Below are positions 1-12,949 of a stretch of 64,000 nt of DNA, one piece after another. The position numbers were made by a program, and so were the translations under genes. The notes beneath the pieces are model-generated. The model was not told the DNA's origin. It ran no database searches and saw only the letters and a program-made list of their open reading frames with translations. Within the stretch, counting starts at the first letter, position 1, and the number at the start of each line of letters is the position of its first letter. The stretch comes from Phoronis australis (Eukaryota; Animalia; Phoronida). Where the stretch lies: contig NMRA01000043.1 in assembly GCA_002633005.1 (NCBI GenBank), forward strand, positions 1,264,949 through 1,328,948, in the 5' to 3' direction.

Positions 1-3000
1 TAATGTGACTGATATTGTCAGCTCCATGGACCAGCAGGGCAAGAGGACTATATTTGTACTCACTAAAGTGGATCTGGCTGAGAAAACACTGTGCAATCCT
101 GACAGAGTAAGAGTTGTACAATCATCAGTTTTCATGATCACGCGTGTCTCACTGCTTGTAAATCCGTCTGTTTTCGGTCCACATTTAACATAAAATTTGT
201 TGAAAAGAGCTTTGCTAAGCAGTGTAAAGCTGTTGATGTATTCTGCTGTGCTGTTACAATCACGCACATGTAGTGGTTCCAAGCAGGCGAGAAATAATGC
301 ATAATCTTGTTATTCCATGATGGAGTTGGCTTTGTGGTGTAAATAGCCTTTCTCATACTATGGTCTGATATTCAACACCTGGCCGTTGTAGATCAAACAG
401 ATTCTGGAAGGTCGACTGTTTCCCATGAAGGCCCTGGGATACTTCGCTGTGGTTACCGGCCGTGGTAACACTAACGACAGTATACAGAGTATCAAGGAGT
501 ATGAAGAAATGTTCTTCAGGGAGTCACAGTTCTTCAAGTGAGTATTCTCGACTGCTTAACAGTCCTGTTATTAAGTCTAGCTGATTATACCAGGGAGTCA
601 CAGCTCTCTAAGTGAGTAGTCAATACATGCAGTGCACTTGCTCTCAACTTGTTCATTGTCTAGGTTAGAGAGGATTTCTGTATCATTCTATAACATGGCG
701 TTGTAGTCATTTAGAGATGAGGAAAATGGTTTTAAAAATAAGAATTGAACACCATGGTGTAAGTCACACCATACCATGTCCACAATTCTTGCCTTGATTT
801 AAAACTACCAGATCCGTTTCTAAATATTATTGTTATTCTTTCTCAACAGGACAATGTCCTTACACTAACTCATTAATAACTTTTATCCTTTCCTTAAGGG
901 ACGGAGTCCTTAAACCAACTCAGATGACAACACAAAATCTCAGCATGGCTGTCTCCGACCGATTCTGGAAAATGGTGCGTGAGTCTGTTGAACAACAAGC
1001 CGATGCATTTAAAGGTGAGTTTCATGACATATGTTGCTGAGTTAAGTGTATGTTATAAATGTAAATTGCTGAGTTAAAGGGATGTTGCCGAGTTATTAAG
1101 TGAATATTGCTGAGTCACATGTAATGTTGCTAGGTTACATGTATGTTGCTAGGTTACATGTATGTCATCACGTTTCATGTATGTTGCTGAGTTCTCTGTT
1201 GTTATTCTTTGTGACTGTGCACTTTAGTGCAAAAATGTATTTATAAACTAGGTTACTTACCTTGAGTAATAGTGGTATAATTTTTTCCACTTGTCTGAGT
1301 TAAAAAAGGAAATTTTAATTTTCAAAAATTGTCTTCCTGTGAACACTCACAAAAGGTTTCTTAAATCTTTTGCTTGCTATTTGTAGTAGCAGAATGAGTG
1401 CAAATAAGTCATCCCCTTCTCATAACAAATGGAGCATATTTTAGATTTTATTTTGTATTGTGTGTTGCCTGGGTCAGAAAGTGTGAACATGGTGGTTGCT
1501 AGGTAACATAATACACTCTGACTGTAACATTTTATTTTGTCAGTGAACTTGTTTTCAACTACACAATCATGTGCACTGTGTTACTTTCACTGTGAAAATA
1601 TCTCATTCTGTTTATTCTAGCAACGAGGTTCAACTTGGAAACGGAATGGAAGAACACATACCCTACCCAGAGAGAGCTTGACAGGGTATGATATGGCCAC
1701 TCATTATTCATTCTAGTACCTAGTGTTTACAGTTTGTGGTTAATACTGTTCTGAAGTTAGTTGCTAATCGTCATGCCAACTTGACTCTTCTGATGAATGT
1801 CCTGGGCAGAATGCACTTTGTTTAGCTATGGATTGTGCAAAATGTCTTGCAATCTTGTAAGCATGCTTTGTCATTTGGAACTGCAAACGTTTGGTCTTCA
1901 TTCTTTGTCCTATCTTATACCAGCTTGTACTTATACTACCTTTCTCATACTTATGTAGGTCGCATGTCATGTGTAGGTGGCATGTCATATGTAGGTCGCA
2001 TGTCATATGTAGGTCCCTTGTCATATGTAGGTCGCATGTCATATGTAGGTTGCTTGTCGTATGTAGGTCGCATGTCATATGTAGGTTGCATGTCATATGT
2101 AGGTCGCATGTCATATGTAGGTCGCATGTCATATGTAGGTCGCATGTCATATGTNGAGGACTATATTTGTACTCACTAAAGTGGATCTGGCTGAGAAAAC
2201 ACTGTGCAATCCTGACAGAGTAAGAGTTGTACAATCATCAGTTTTCATGATCACGCATGTCTCACTGCTTATAAATCCGTCTGTTTTCGGTCCACATTTA
2301 ACATAAAATTTGTTGAAAAGAGCTTTGCTAAGCAGTGTAAAGCTGTTGATGTATTCTGCTGTGCTGTTACAATCACGCACATGTAGTGGTTCCAAGCAGG
2401 TGAGAAATAATGCATAATCTTGTTATTCCATGATGGAGTTGGCTTTGTGGTGTAAATAGCCTTTCTCATACTATGGTCTGATATTCAACACCTGGCCGTT
2501 GTAGATCAAACAGATTCTGGAAGGTCGACTTTTTCCCATGAAGGCCCTGGGATACTTCGCCGTGGTTACCGGCCGTGGTAACACTAACGACAGTATACAG
2601 AGTATCAAGGAGTATGAAGAAATGTTCTTCAGGGAGTCACAGTTTTTCAAGTGAGTATTCACGACTGCTAAACAGTCCTGCTATTAGGTCTAGCTGATTA
2701 TACCAGGGAGTCACAGCTTTCTAAGTGAGTAGTCAATACATGTAGTGCTCTTGCTCTCACCTTGTTCGTTGTCTAGGTTAGAGAGGATCTCTGTATCATG
2801 GCTATGTAGTCATTTAGAGATGAGGAAAAATGGTTTTAAAAATAAGAAGTGAACACCATGATGTTAATCCATAACATGTCCATAAAATAATTCTTGCCTT
2901 GATTTAAAACTACCAGATCTGTTTCAAAATAGTTATCCTTTCTCAAGAGGACAGTATTCTTACGCCAACTCATTGATAACTTGTATCATTTCCTTAAGGG

Positions 3001-6000
3001 ACGGAGTCCTTAAACCAACTCAGATGACAACACAAAATCTCAGCATGGCTGTCTCCGACCGATTCTGGAAAATGGTGCGTGAGTCTGTTGAACAACAAGC
3101 CGATGCATTTAAAGGTGAGTTACATGACATATGTTGCTGAGTTAAGTGTATGTTATAAATGTAAATTGCTGAGTTAAAGGGATGTTGCCAAGTTATTAAG
3201 TGTATATTGCTGAGTCACATGTAATGTTGCTAGGTTACATGTATGTCATCAAGTTTCATGTATGTTGCTGAGTTCTCTGTTGTTAATCTTCGTGACGGTG
3301 CACTTTAGTGCAAAAACTTATTTATTAACTAGGTTATACTTACCTTGAGTAATAGTGGTATAATTTTTTTCACTTGTTTGAGTTAAAAAAGGAAATTTTA
3401 ATTTTCAAAAATTGTCTTCCTGTGGACACTCACAAAGGGTTTTTAAAATCTTTTGCTTGCTATTTGTAGTAGCAGAATGAGTTTAAATAAGTCATCCCAT
3501 TCTCATAACAAATGGAGCATATTTTAGATTTTATTTTGCATTGTGTGTTGCCTGGGTCAGAAAGTGTGGACATGGTGGTTGCTAGGTAACATAATACACT
3601 TTGATTTTAACACTTTATTTTGTCAGTGAACTTGTTTCCAGCTACACTTGTGCACTGTGTTGCTTTCACAGTGAAAATATCTCATTCTGTTTATTCTAGC
3701 AACGAGGTTCAACTTGGAAACTGAATGGAAGAACACATACCCTACCCAGAGAGAACTTGACAGGGTATGATATGTCCACTCATTATTCATTCTAGTACAA
3801 AGTGTTTACAGTTTGTGGTTAATACTGTTCTGAAGTTGGTTGCTAATCGTCATGCCAACTTGACTCTTCTGATGAATGTCCTTGGCAGAATGCACTTTGT
3901 TTAGCTATGGATTGTGCAAAATGTCTTGCAATCTTGTAAGCATGCTTTGTCATTTGGAACTTCAAATGTTTGGTCTTCATTCTTTGTCCTATCTTATACC
4001 AGCTTGTACTTATACTACCTTTCTCATAATTATGTAGGTCCCATGTCATATGTAGGTCCCATGTCATATGTAGGTCGCATGTCATATGTAGGTCCCATGT
4101 CATATGTAGGTCCTATGTCATATGTTGGCCACATGTCGACTTTGTGTACATATACCACGTCTAAGCAATGCAATATCTCCTTATCTAGGATGAATTGTTT
4201 GAGAAGTGTAGAGGAGAAGTTCTGGATGAGGTCATTAACCTGAGTCAAGTCACACCACAAGAATGGTGAGTTTTATTATCAAAGTTCTGTAAGGTTGTCA
4301 GAGATTCTTTGTAACTGCTTGACCAATAAACATTGACCGTTTGCATGTATTGCATTATGTATTGCAGCACATTTTGTGTCTCAAGAATTTCTATTGTAAT
4401 TCAGCTATCTACAATTCTTTAAGGAATCGTTGGCTTGTCTTGAGAGAGAATGGAATTTGTAGAGAGGGTGTGGGTGAGGTAGGAGAGGAGAGAGAGTTGC
4501 CCCTGTGATTCGGTGTTACCCTTAAGTATAGGATTTGATTAATTATGATGCTTGTACCTTGTTTTAACCACTCCGTTCATTGTTTGTTAGGGAGGAGATA
4601 TTTAACAAAAAACTATGGGAGAAGATGTCTACGTATGTGTTTGAGAGTATCTACTTACCAGCGGCTCAGTCTGATAATGTCGGGTAAGTAATGGGTTTGA
4701 GAGTATATACCTACCAGTTACTCAGTATGGTAATGTCGGTTAAGTATGTGTTTGAGAGTAACTCTCTACTTGCCTGCTGCTCAGCCCGATAATGTTGGGT
4801 ACGTAATGGATTTGAGGGTAGTTACTCAATATGGTGATGTCAGGTAGATATGTGTTTGAGAGTATATACCTACCAGTTAGTCAATGCAGCTGCAATGTTG
4901 GGTAAGTGATACTATGTGTTTGAGAGTAGGTCACTTACTCCCACAAGTCTGTGTGACAAGCTCAAATCAGAGAGAGAGAGAGAGTCATTTTCTCCATAGT
5001 TCATGTGCTCCAACGATGAATGTTTATACGACGCATTCTGTGGATGTATGTTTAATTCAGGTAAAACTGTTTAGTGTAGTCCAGTCCATGTTGTATGTTT
5101 CAAGAACGAAACAACCAGCCTTATTTATTTCATGTTTTTCAGTGTTTTCAATACTCAAGTTGACATAAAGCTAAAGCAATGGGCAGACAAGTTACTACCA
5201 AAAAAGTGTGTTGAGGTATGTGCAACAAGAATTATTCAGTGTGTTGCCGTATGAGAGACAAGAACTATTCAATTTGTTGCCATGTACACTTGGCTTTTAT
5301 TTCTTAAACAAGGCTGAATATCTTTCAAATGTGTTCAGATTAATAGTATTACTAATAATAAATATTTTTAAAGTAAGTTTAAGAAATATCCTCTCATCAA
5401 AATTTCATGGCAAAGTTTTTGTTGTTTTTTGTGATAAATTTTGTTCAATATCTTTCCCTACTTTGTTCATAATTCACTCTTAGCTTGATAGATTTCAACA
5501 AAGATCGCCAATTATGCTGACCAGTTAACTGTTTGCTCAGCCCTTCTGTTCAAATGTAGTAAGACACAAAAGCTAAATGACCCAACAAAATTTTGTAAAC
5601 ATGTTTGACTAATAATTTTGGTGGTGTTCTATTCCTCGTTGTGATCAGGTGGGTGTAGAGACCTTGAAAGAGGAGTTCACAGGCTTCGTGGAGGGATGCA
5701 AGAATAAAAACAACAACGCCAGTGGGGATGACGGTATTTTGGGTGACTTGAAGAAAGCAGTGAAAGATGAGACCTTCAAGGCATTGGAGTGGGACGATAA
5801 GGCTGAGGACAGTTTGGTATGGGCAAAGCTGAAGTATATTAGGTGTTAATTAAGAAATCAAAAATATAATTCTAGAAGAGTCCAAGTAAGTGTGCATTTC
5901 AAAATGCGTTAGACGTTATTAGGATCTGCTTCGAAGAACAGCGAGGACTGACTGTGCTTTCTGTTGTGTTGCATGAGATCATTATTTTAGATGTACAGTT

Positions 6001-9000
6001 GACAAAACGTGACCTGGATTTAGCGTGTTTGATTCTGAATGGACGCAGTAGTCTAAATAATGTTATGACACAATTGTGTCTTGTTCTACTCTCATTACAT
6101 TTAGTAGACTCCAGTCTAAGTGTAGTTATGATACAATCATGTATTATTTCTACACCCAATTACATTGAATAGACTCAGTCGTCTGAACAGTGATGTGTTA
6201 CAATCATGTATTGTTGGCAGCTCTACATCCATTACATTGAGTGGACACAGTAGTCTAGATAGAGTTTTGATACAGTCATGTCGTGTTCTGCATTCCTCAC
6301 CCAGCGCTATATTTTAATATAATCAGTCACCTATTTCTGAGTACTATCTTGTTGTAATACAGCGAGTCATCCAGTTGAACGCCCTTGAGGACAGAGCAGT
6401 GCATGATAAACAGCAGTGGGATAGTGCCATACAGTTCATGGAGAAGTCATTGAGACAGAAACTGGAAACAAGTGAGTAAAATTTCACCTAAGGAAACAAT
6501 GTGGTAGAACTGTGAAATTTTATTCTTCAAATATCGGAACAGGAATAAGTTCTAGGATGACTGTTTTGCAACAGTTTGAATTGTTCGTATTTCATTGACT
6601 TTGTGAGATTTTGGAAAGTTAGTGTAAATATGATAATGTCAAATGTTGCAGCCAGATGCCTTGTTCACAGTAGGCCTAAAAGGTCCTGCAACGAATATTG
6701 TTAATATTAAATAAAACATTCTTTTCTTGTGAGTTATGTGATGGTCTTGCTTTCAGCCAATGGGCTGACAGAAGAGATGTTTGGCCCGGAGACATGGGAT
6801 CAATGGGTTTATTGGAAGAGCAAGACACCTGAACAGAAGTTGAGATGTGCAGCCAGGGTGGAACTGGAGAAACTACTCAAGACTGACCAGGTAAGACACT
6901 GCTTCTGGTGTGACTACCTGACCAGTTCTTCAACTATCATTACCTGATCAGTATGTCGAGTATGACTACCTGACCAGATCTTTAGGTATGGCTATCTGAC
7001 CAGTTCTTTAGGTATGACTGCCTGACCAGTTCTTCAGGTATGACTGCCTGACCAGTTCTTCATATATGGCTATCAGACCAGTTCTTCAGGTATGACTGCT
7101 TGACCAGTTCTACAGGTATGACTGCCTGACCAGTTATTCGGATATGACTACATGTATTGACCAGTTCTTCTTTTTTTTTTAATGCATTTATTTACCCAGA
7201 AAGCATATCATTAATGAATAGTAGATACGGCTGGGGTTGGGTAGCCCCAACTACGTATCTTTACAACTTACTAGAGTATAATACATCATCTTAATTAAAC
7301 AAATAAGTATCTGGAAATTACCCCTAATGATTGGGCGAATAATTAGCCAAGAATAATATGAAAGGGGGGGAAACGGGAAGGGGAAGGAATTTCATACACT
7401 CATTCACACTCACATTCACAGGATTTAATTAAATTAACTTATGTTTACATTTACGTAGGTGCATATTTATGAAAAGGTCAATTTTCTTATAATACAACAG
7501 AAGTGGTTAAAAAAAATAACACCATATATTGTTATTGACTAGTTCTTCAGTTTGTAGTTTTGTGACACTGACATCGCTGAACATATCTCGTGAATTTGAC
7601 TGTAGATTCTTCTAGTAATTTAAATTTTGGACTAAGTTGCCATGGAGACTTTTCTGTAAACAAAACTAAACAGAACAAGGAAATGTATGTTGGAGTCATG
7701 TTGTTTATTTGTTGATAGAATCACAAACCTTACCTGCCTCAAGACGAGATCACAATGGTGAAGAAGAACTTGCAGCAACAGAAGATTAAAGTGGACGATG
7801 CAACGGTAAGAGCAGTAATCTGATTGGTTGGTAATAGCAGTAATCTGATTGGTTGGTTATAACATTGATCTGATTTGTCGGTAGTAGTAGTAGTGAACTG
7901 TTTGCTTAATGATAAAAAGGATTCAATTAAATGGTTTCGTTCAACATGGACTGGTCTTTTTGTTTTGTTGAACCGCTTACAGACAACGGACATTGTTGAT
8001 TAAAACATGATCAATCTCAACAACCTGGTACACGGTTTTGTTACATTCTCAACAGTGATGTATCATCAGAGTTCTTTAGTTAGTTATTCCTGTTCCTCCT
8101 TCAGCGTTGTTACTGTACCTCAGTCTCAAGTCCCTGTTTTTGCTGTATTGTTTTGATTGTTTTTCTTGAATTATTTTGACTAATTAATAGGACCAGTATC
8201 ACGTGACCCTCTTTATGAGCATTGTAGTGTTTTTAAATCCCAAAGCACTTGTGAAAGAAATCAACTTTGACAGCTAAACAGCTTCAGTTTTAAAAGTTTG
8301 TTTTTGTTCTGATTACAGTTGGAGGAGACGTGGCATCAACTATATAGAAAACACTTTTTTGAGAAATCGCTGCAGACGGCCCAGTTGTGTAAGAAGGGGT
8401 TCTTCTACTACCAACAAGGATTTGTGGATTCAGGGGTAATACGTTATACCACCATATGCTTGTGCTCTTCTTTATAAAACGTTAGTCGTATTTATGTAAC
8501 GCATCTCACGCCTTTTTTGTTAGTCGGTGTCCACTCATCTTTCTTATCACTGCCGACATCGTTTTCTGAGTTGCGCTGTTCTTGGATAATACATTTGCAG
8601 TCTATGTATGTATGTACGTTTCGCAATAATTCTAAAAGTAACTGTTTGATTTGAATATTAATTTAATTGACTTGCATCTCATTCCTTGTTGTACTCTCTG
8701 CCAGGCAGTGCCATCTGGTGACGCATCATCAATGGTAAATTTTAATTTCTCATTTGTTTTGGCAAGCAGGGTATAATTTAACTCACTGCCATGTGCGCTT
8801 AGTTAAGTGCTATCTTGAACTAGAAAACCTTCAAAACTGAGAGGGACGCATGATGTACAGTAATGCATAAATTTTGTAAAACTGCTTTCACTTACTTTTT
8901 AACCTCAGTTTTACAAGCTTATAAATTTAGTTACTCCTTATGTACGCTGACATTTTACTTTTTGTTCGTCTGTTGAAAATTTGATATCGCTAAACAGTTA

Positions 9001-12000
9001 GTCCTCAAATATTTTGTCAAATGGGCAATGCTCAAATTTCCAGGGGATATCTTCAGACATTTGATTGACGGTTCACCTTGCTGGCTGCTGGCCACCATTT
9101 GCCATTCTCCAGATGTCTGAGTGGTCATCATTTGCCTGAAGATATCATGGTGACCACCACTTGACACCCTCCAGATGTCTGAGTGGTCATCATTTGCCTG
9201 AAGATATCATGGTGACCACCACTAGACACCCTCCAGGTGTCTGAGTGGTCATCATTTGCCTGAAGATATCATGGTGACCACCACTTGACACCCTCCAGAT
9301 GTCTGAGTGGTCATCATTTGCCTGAAGATATCATGGTGACCACCACTTGCCATTCTCCAGATGTCTGAGTGGTCATCATTTGCCTGAAGATATCATGGTG
9401 ACCACCACTTGACACCCTCCAGGTGTGCGAATGCCGCCTCGTTGCTGCCCATTTTACAAAATTTTTGTGAACTGTACAGATTGCGAACTGGAATTTTTGT
9501 TCATTTTACTCAGAGTGCACTGTCTGGTTGTCCTTGGCAACAAGCACCTGTTGCTTACTCTATTAACTAAACATGAAAAATAACACAAAATTCATTTTCG
9601 GATGTGATGGCTACATAGTAATGGCTTGTGTTCTGTTTGACATTTTACCCTCTACTCAAGAAGTTCTATACTAACATGAGGCATGATATCTTCTACTGCA
9701 GCTGCTAAATGGTGTTTACTAACATGCATAGACATACCAAGAGGGTGGAACATTTGGCATTGTCCCTCAGATTTGGATAAAGTGGTGACATTTTAGTCCC
9801 AATAATGAAATCTTTGGGCAGGTCCATCATTTGCACCCTGTGAAATCCAAATACCTCTGGGCTTTCAAAGTCTGCAGTACTAACATTAACCCTGTCTTAT
9901 TTAAATTCTATGGTACTACCATTAGCAGTGGTTTCTAAACATTATTTAATGATCCAGCAGTTAGATCGTTAATTTATTCATCTTTTGAAAAATCAGCTTA
10001 AAGAAATTTTCTAAGAATTACCACAACGTGCATGCCATCATAATGAAATCATCTATCTATGCTGACAATTCATAATTGGGTATACAGAAATAGCATATAA
10101 ATGGGTTGTGGTCTGTGGATTTTTTGTTTTATGGTTTAAAAGGAAAAAGTCACCTGAGACCAGCCAATGTAGGCCGGGATCCATCGTTTTCTTCCGCAGC
10201 TGCAAACGTGCTATTTGTTCGCCAATGTGAGAAGAGGGAATTACTCACTATTCCAAAACTAGCGCTGTTTAGAATGACCAGGTCCACCGTTAATTAGTGT
10301 CTCTCATGTTTCTCTAGGTGGCAGCATGGGTCATCTGTGGCAGGTAACTCCGTGATAAAACTTTGTTCAACTTTTTATTTCAGATGGAGTGCAATGCGGT
10401 GGTGTTGTTCTTCCGTATTCAAAGAATGCTTCAAATCACCAGTAATGCCCTGAGACAACAAGTGATGAATAATGAAGGTAATTTCAATTTTAAGATGTGG
10501 TTGTCTGCTTATTTTGAGGTAGTCTTCTGTCAAGGTAGTCATTTATATTGAAGTAGTTGTATCTGTACGTAGTTTGGAACTATTCTGTACATGTGACAGT
10601 CTCATAGTTTTTAATGCATGCAACCCAAATCGGAGCTATATGTGATGTTTTAAAATGTTGTTTAAGTGGACATGACCCAGATTAGAGCAAAATATGCCAA
10701 GTTTAAATGAATTCAATGTTTTATTATCAAGTAGATGGGATTCAGATCAGAGCAATTGTTTTTGAAGCCCTATATTCGCTTTCTTCGTCATGAATTTCTC
10801 TGTCCAGACGAAGTTTTAGCTCCTTTGTGCTAGCAGCTATCACTCTCATTTCATCGAGTCTCATTGTCAACATTTGTAAGTGTTTTGTTTGTGGGAATTG
10901 CAGCAAGGAGACTAGAACGTATAATCAAGGAAGTGTTGGATGACGTCGCTGATGACAAACAGAAGTTGAAGGGGCTCCTAAAGGGGAGGAGGGTGGAACT
11001 AGCAGAGGAACTGAGTGAGTACACTTCAGAAAGTAAAAAATTAATGCTCTTCCAGTTAACAACACGTCAGATGAGTACTAATACTTTGGTTTTCTGCCGG
11101 CGACCTCTACAGGATATTCCACTGTTTTCCAGGAATGTTGCCGTCTTACAGCAGAGCACAACCCATGCTTTACTGCTTTGGTGTGCAGCCGGCGCCCTCT
11201 ATTGCATATCCAACTGTAGTCCAGTAATGTTGCAGTCTTAGCGCTGAGTACGACTCGTGTCTTACTACTTTGGTGTGAGTCTGGCGCCCTCTATTGGATA
11301 TTTCACTGTAGTCCAGTAATGTTGCAGTCTTACAGCTGAGTGCAACTCATGCTTTACTACTTTGGTGTGCAGCTGGCGCCCTCTATAGGATATTTCACTG
11401 TAGTCTAGTAATGTCGCAGTCTAACAGCTGAGTGCAACTCATGCTTTACTTCTTTAGTGTGCAGCTGGCGCCCTCTATAGGATGTTGCACTGTAGTCCAG
11501 TAATGTCGCAGACTTACAGTTGAGTGCGACTCGTGCTTTACTACTTTGGTTTGCAGCCGGTGCCCTCTACAGGATATTACTGTAGTCCAGGAATTTTTCA
11601 GTCTTACAGCAGAGTGCCATGCATGTTTCACTAAACATACTGTTTCTTCACACACTTCTCACACACCTTCATAATTTGGTAATAGTTGTGTCCTAGCAAG
11701 CTTCATCTCCAATCCCATGGAGAATTTTTTCTTGCAGACTTTACAATGAAAGACATGTTTGAATATTTACTAATTTTACTAACAGCCTGAGAGGTAATCA
11801 TTTTGTGTCGCCGTGTTCATTTTGTAATTAAAGCAAATATCAAGAATTTAATGTTATATTTTGTTCTGAACATTCGCTTTATTTCTTTGGAACCTTTAAT
11901 TTCAACATCTTAAGGTGATTGTACTTTACAACGTCATTGTTTCGTTACTTACAGAAAGAGTTCGGCAAATTCAAGAGAAACTGGAGGAGTTCATTAGAGC

Positions 12001-12019
12001 ACTGAACGCTGAAAAGTGA
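1..12019 (+). CDS. OPA1: Dynamin-like GTPase OPA1, mitochondrial (3' part, multi-exon; 5' end lies outside the window)
   Basis: Phase-consistent GT-AG exons: <1-106, 392-537 (copy 2505-2650), 899-1014 (2999-3114), 1621-1685 (3700-3764), 4189-4265, 4591-4683, 5143-5215, 5649-5816, 6363-6471, 6757-6890, 7719-7805, 8319-8435, 10384-10477, 10904-11014, 11955-12019 (TGA). The translation is collinear with OPA1: [10 protein letters not shown] (G4 motif), [91 protein letters not shown]. Confidence 0.97.
43..4140 (+). repeat. Direct duplication of ~2.1 kb of OPA1 (43-2154 vs 2156-~4140) joined at a single N
   Basis: Sequence from 2156 (gaggactatatttgtactcac) restarts at the equivalent of position 43. 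The same exons recur at an offset of ~2080-2113 bp, with intronic SNPs and indels. Confidence 0.95.
1951..2154. repeat. 18-bp minisatellite (tatgtaggtcgcatgtca)n
   Basis: About 11 tandem units ending at the N at 2155; a shorter version lies at 4031-4136. It explains the HMTCDL/SYVGRM ORFs. Confidence 0.95.
4633..4940 (+). repeat. Degenerate ~50-60-bp tandem repeat derived from an OPA1 exon 3' end plus donor site
   Basis: The unit tatgtgtttgagagtatctacttaccagcggctcagtctgataatgtcgg|gtaagta recurs about 5 times in degenerate form downstream of exon 4591-4683. Confidence 0.8.
6905..7170. repeat. ~26-bp minisatellite (gtatgactgcctgaccagttcttcag)n
   Basis: About 10 degenerate units directly after OPA1 exon 6757-6890. 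Confidence 0.9.
9091..9425. repeat. 62-bp minisatellite
   Basis: Unit ccagatgtctgagtggtcatcatttgcctgaagatatcatggtgaccaccacttgacaccct; about 5.4 near-identical copies with no unique spacers. Confidence 0.95.
11075..11635. repeat. 92-bp minisatellite in the last OPA1 intron
   Basis: ggcgccctcta recurs at 11191, 11283, 11375 and 11467 (period 92), with degenerate flanking units; about 6 copies. Confidence 0.92.
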
Positions 12020-12943
12020 AAGAACTGAGTTGGTACAGATAACAAACACAAACTTGGCTTGTAAGAAGATATCAGCAAATCTTCCAATAACTACTACCGT
12101 ATGCAAGTTTTGACTGGATTACTTTGCTACAAGCTATTGAAACCAACCAAATGTGTGATTTAATTGCGGTGCATGTTCGTGTGTTGGCGTAGCATTGCTC
12201 AACAGTTCACAAAGTCACGTGGAGTTTCTTGTGATGTTGTGTAGATGATGGTGTATTGTCGCTCAACAGTTTATGAGATTGCTCTTGACGTCACACTGAG
12301 TTACTTCTGATAGTATTGTGTGGGTGTTGTCTTGACTGTGGTCAGCATATAATGTGTACGTATCAAAGTTATGCCTGCCTAATATGATATCCACATCAGC
12401 TATAGCATAAAAAGCGTGGGATTCCTATATGTTGAAGCGACAGACTTCCAGTGACAGGAATTCATGCAATCGCTGAATATTCATGCGATTATTGTTTAAT
12501 ATTCAAGGGAACACTTGTTGAGTGTTCAAGTGTTTGTGAACTTGCGAAGCCATCTTCATGTCTATGAACATTGTGCCATTGCCTCAAAAATATCTGTTGA
12601 AGAGGAGTTCCACTGAACCAACTTTGTCATACACTTAGTTTGTACAAGTCAGGTAGCGATTACACACTATGCTGAGAACCACTTTCCAAATACTCTGTGC
12701 CCTTCTCAGATTCTTCAGTATTTACCCTCGATGCGGTGCATCAGAAGTGCACTTGCCTGTTGTGTACTGCTGCAATGCAAATTGCTATTCAAATGCTGCT
12801 CTTATTCTGTGGTAATGCATAAATTATCCTACAGGTGTCGCTACGTAATTATAAGCAGGATTCGTACATTTTAATGTGGTGTCACTCTGCTGAATGTAAT
12901 ATGGTTCAATGTGTATGCACTTGCCTGTTATTTATTAAATGGA

Positions 12944-12949
12944 AATAAA
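12944..12949 (+). terminator. Candidate OPA1 polyadenylation signal AATAAA
   Basis: AATAAA (with ATTAAA just upstream) about 0.9 kb after the stop, at the end of a GT-rich UTR-like tract. Confidence 0.4.

Noticed and set aside
1764-2234. ORFs with HMTCDL / SYVGRM / CRSHVI repeats
   Set aside because: Read-through of an 18-bp intronic minisatellite, open in several frames on both strands.
9091-9425. Regular repeats that might be taken for a CRISPR array (also 11075-11635 and 32168-32637)
   Set aside because: Units are contiguous with no unique spacers, there are no cas genes, and the context is eukaryotic introns or intergenic DNA; these are minisatellites.
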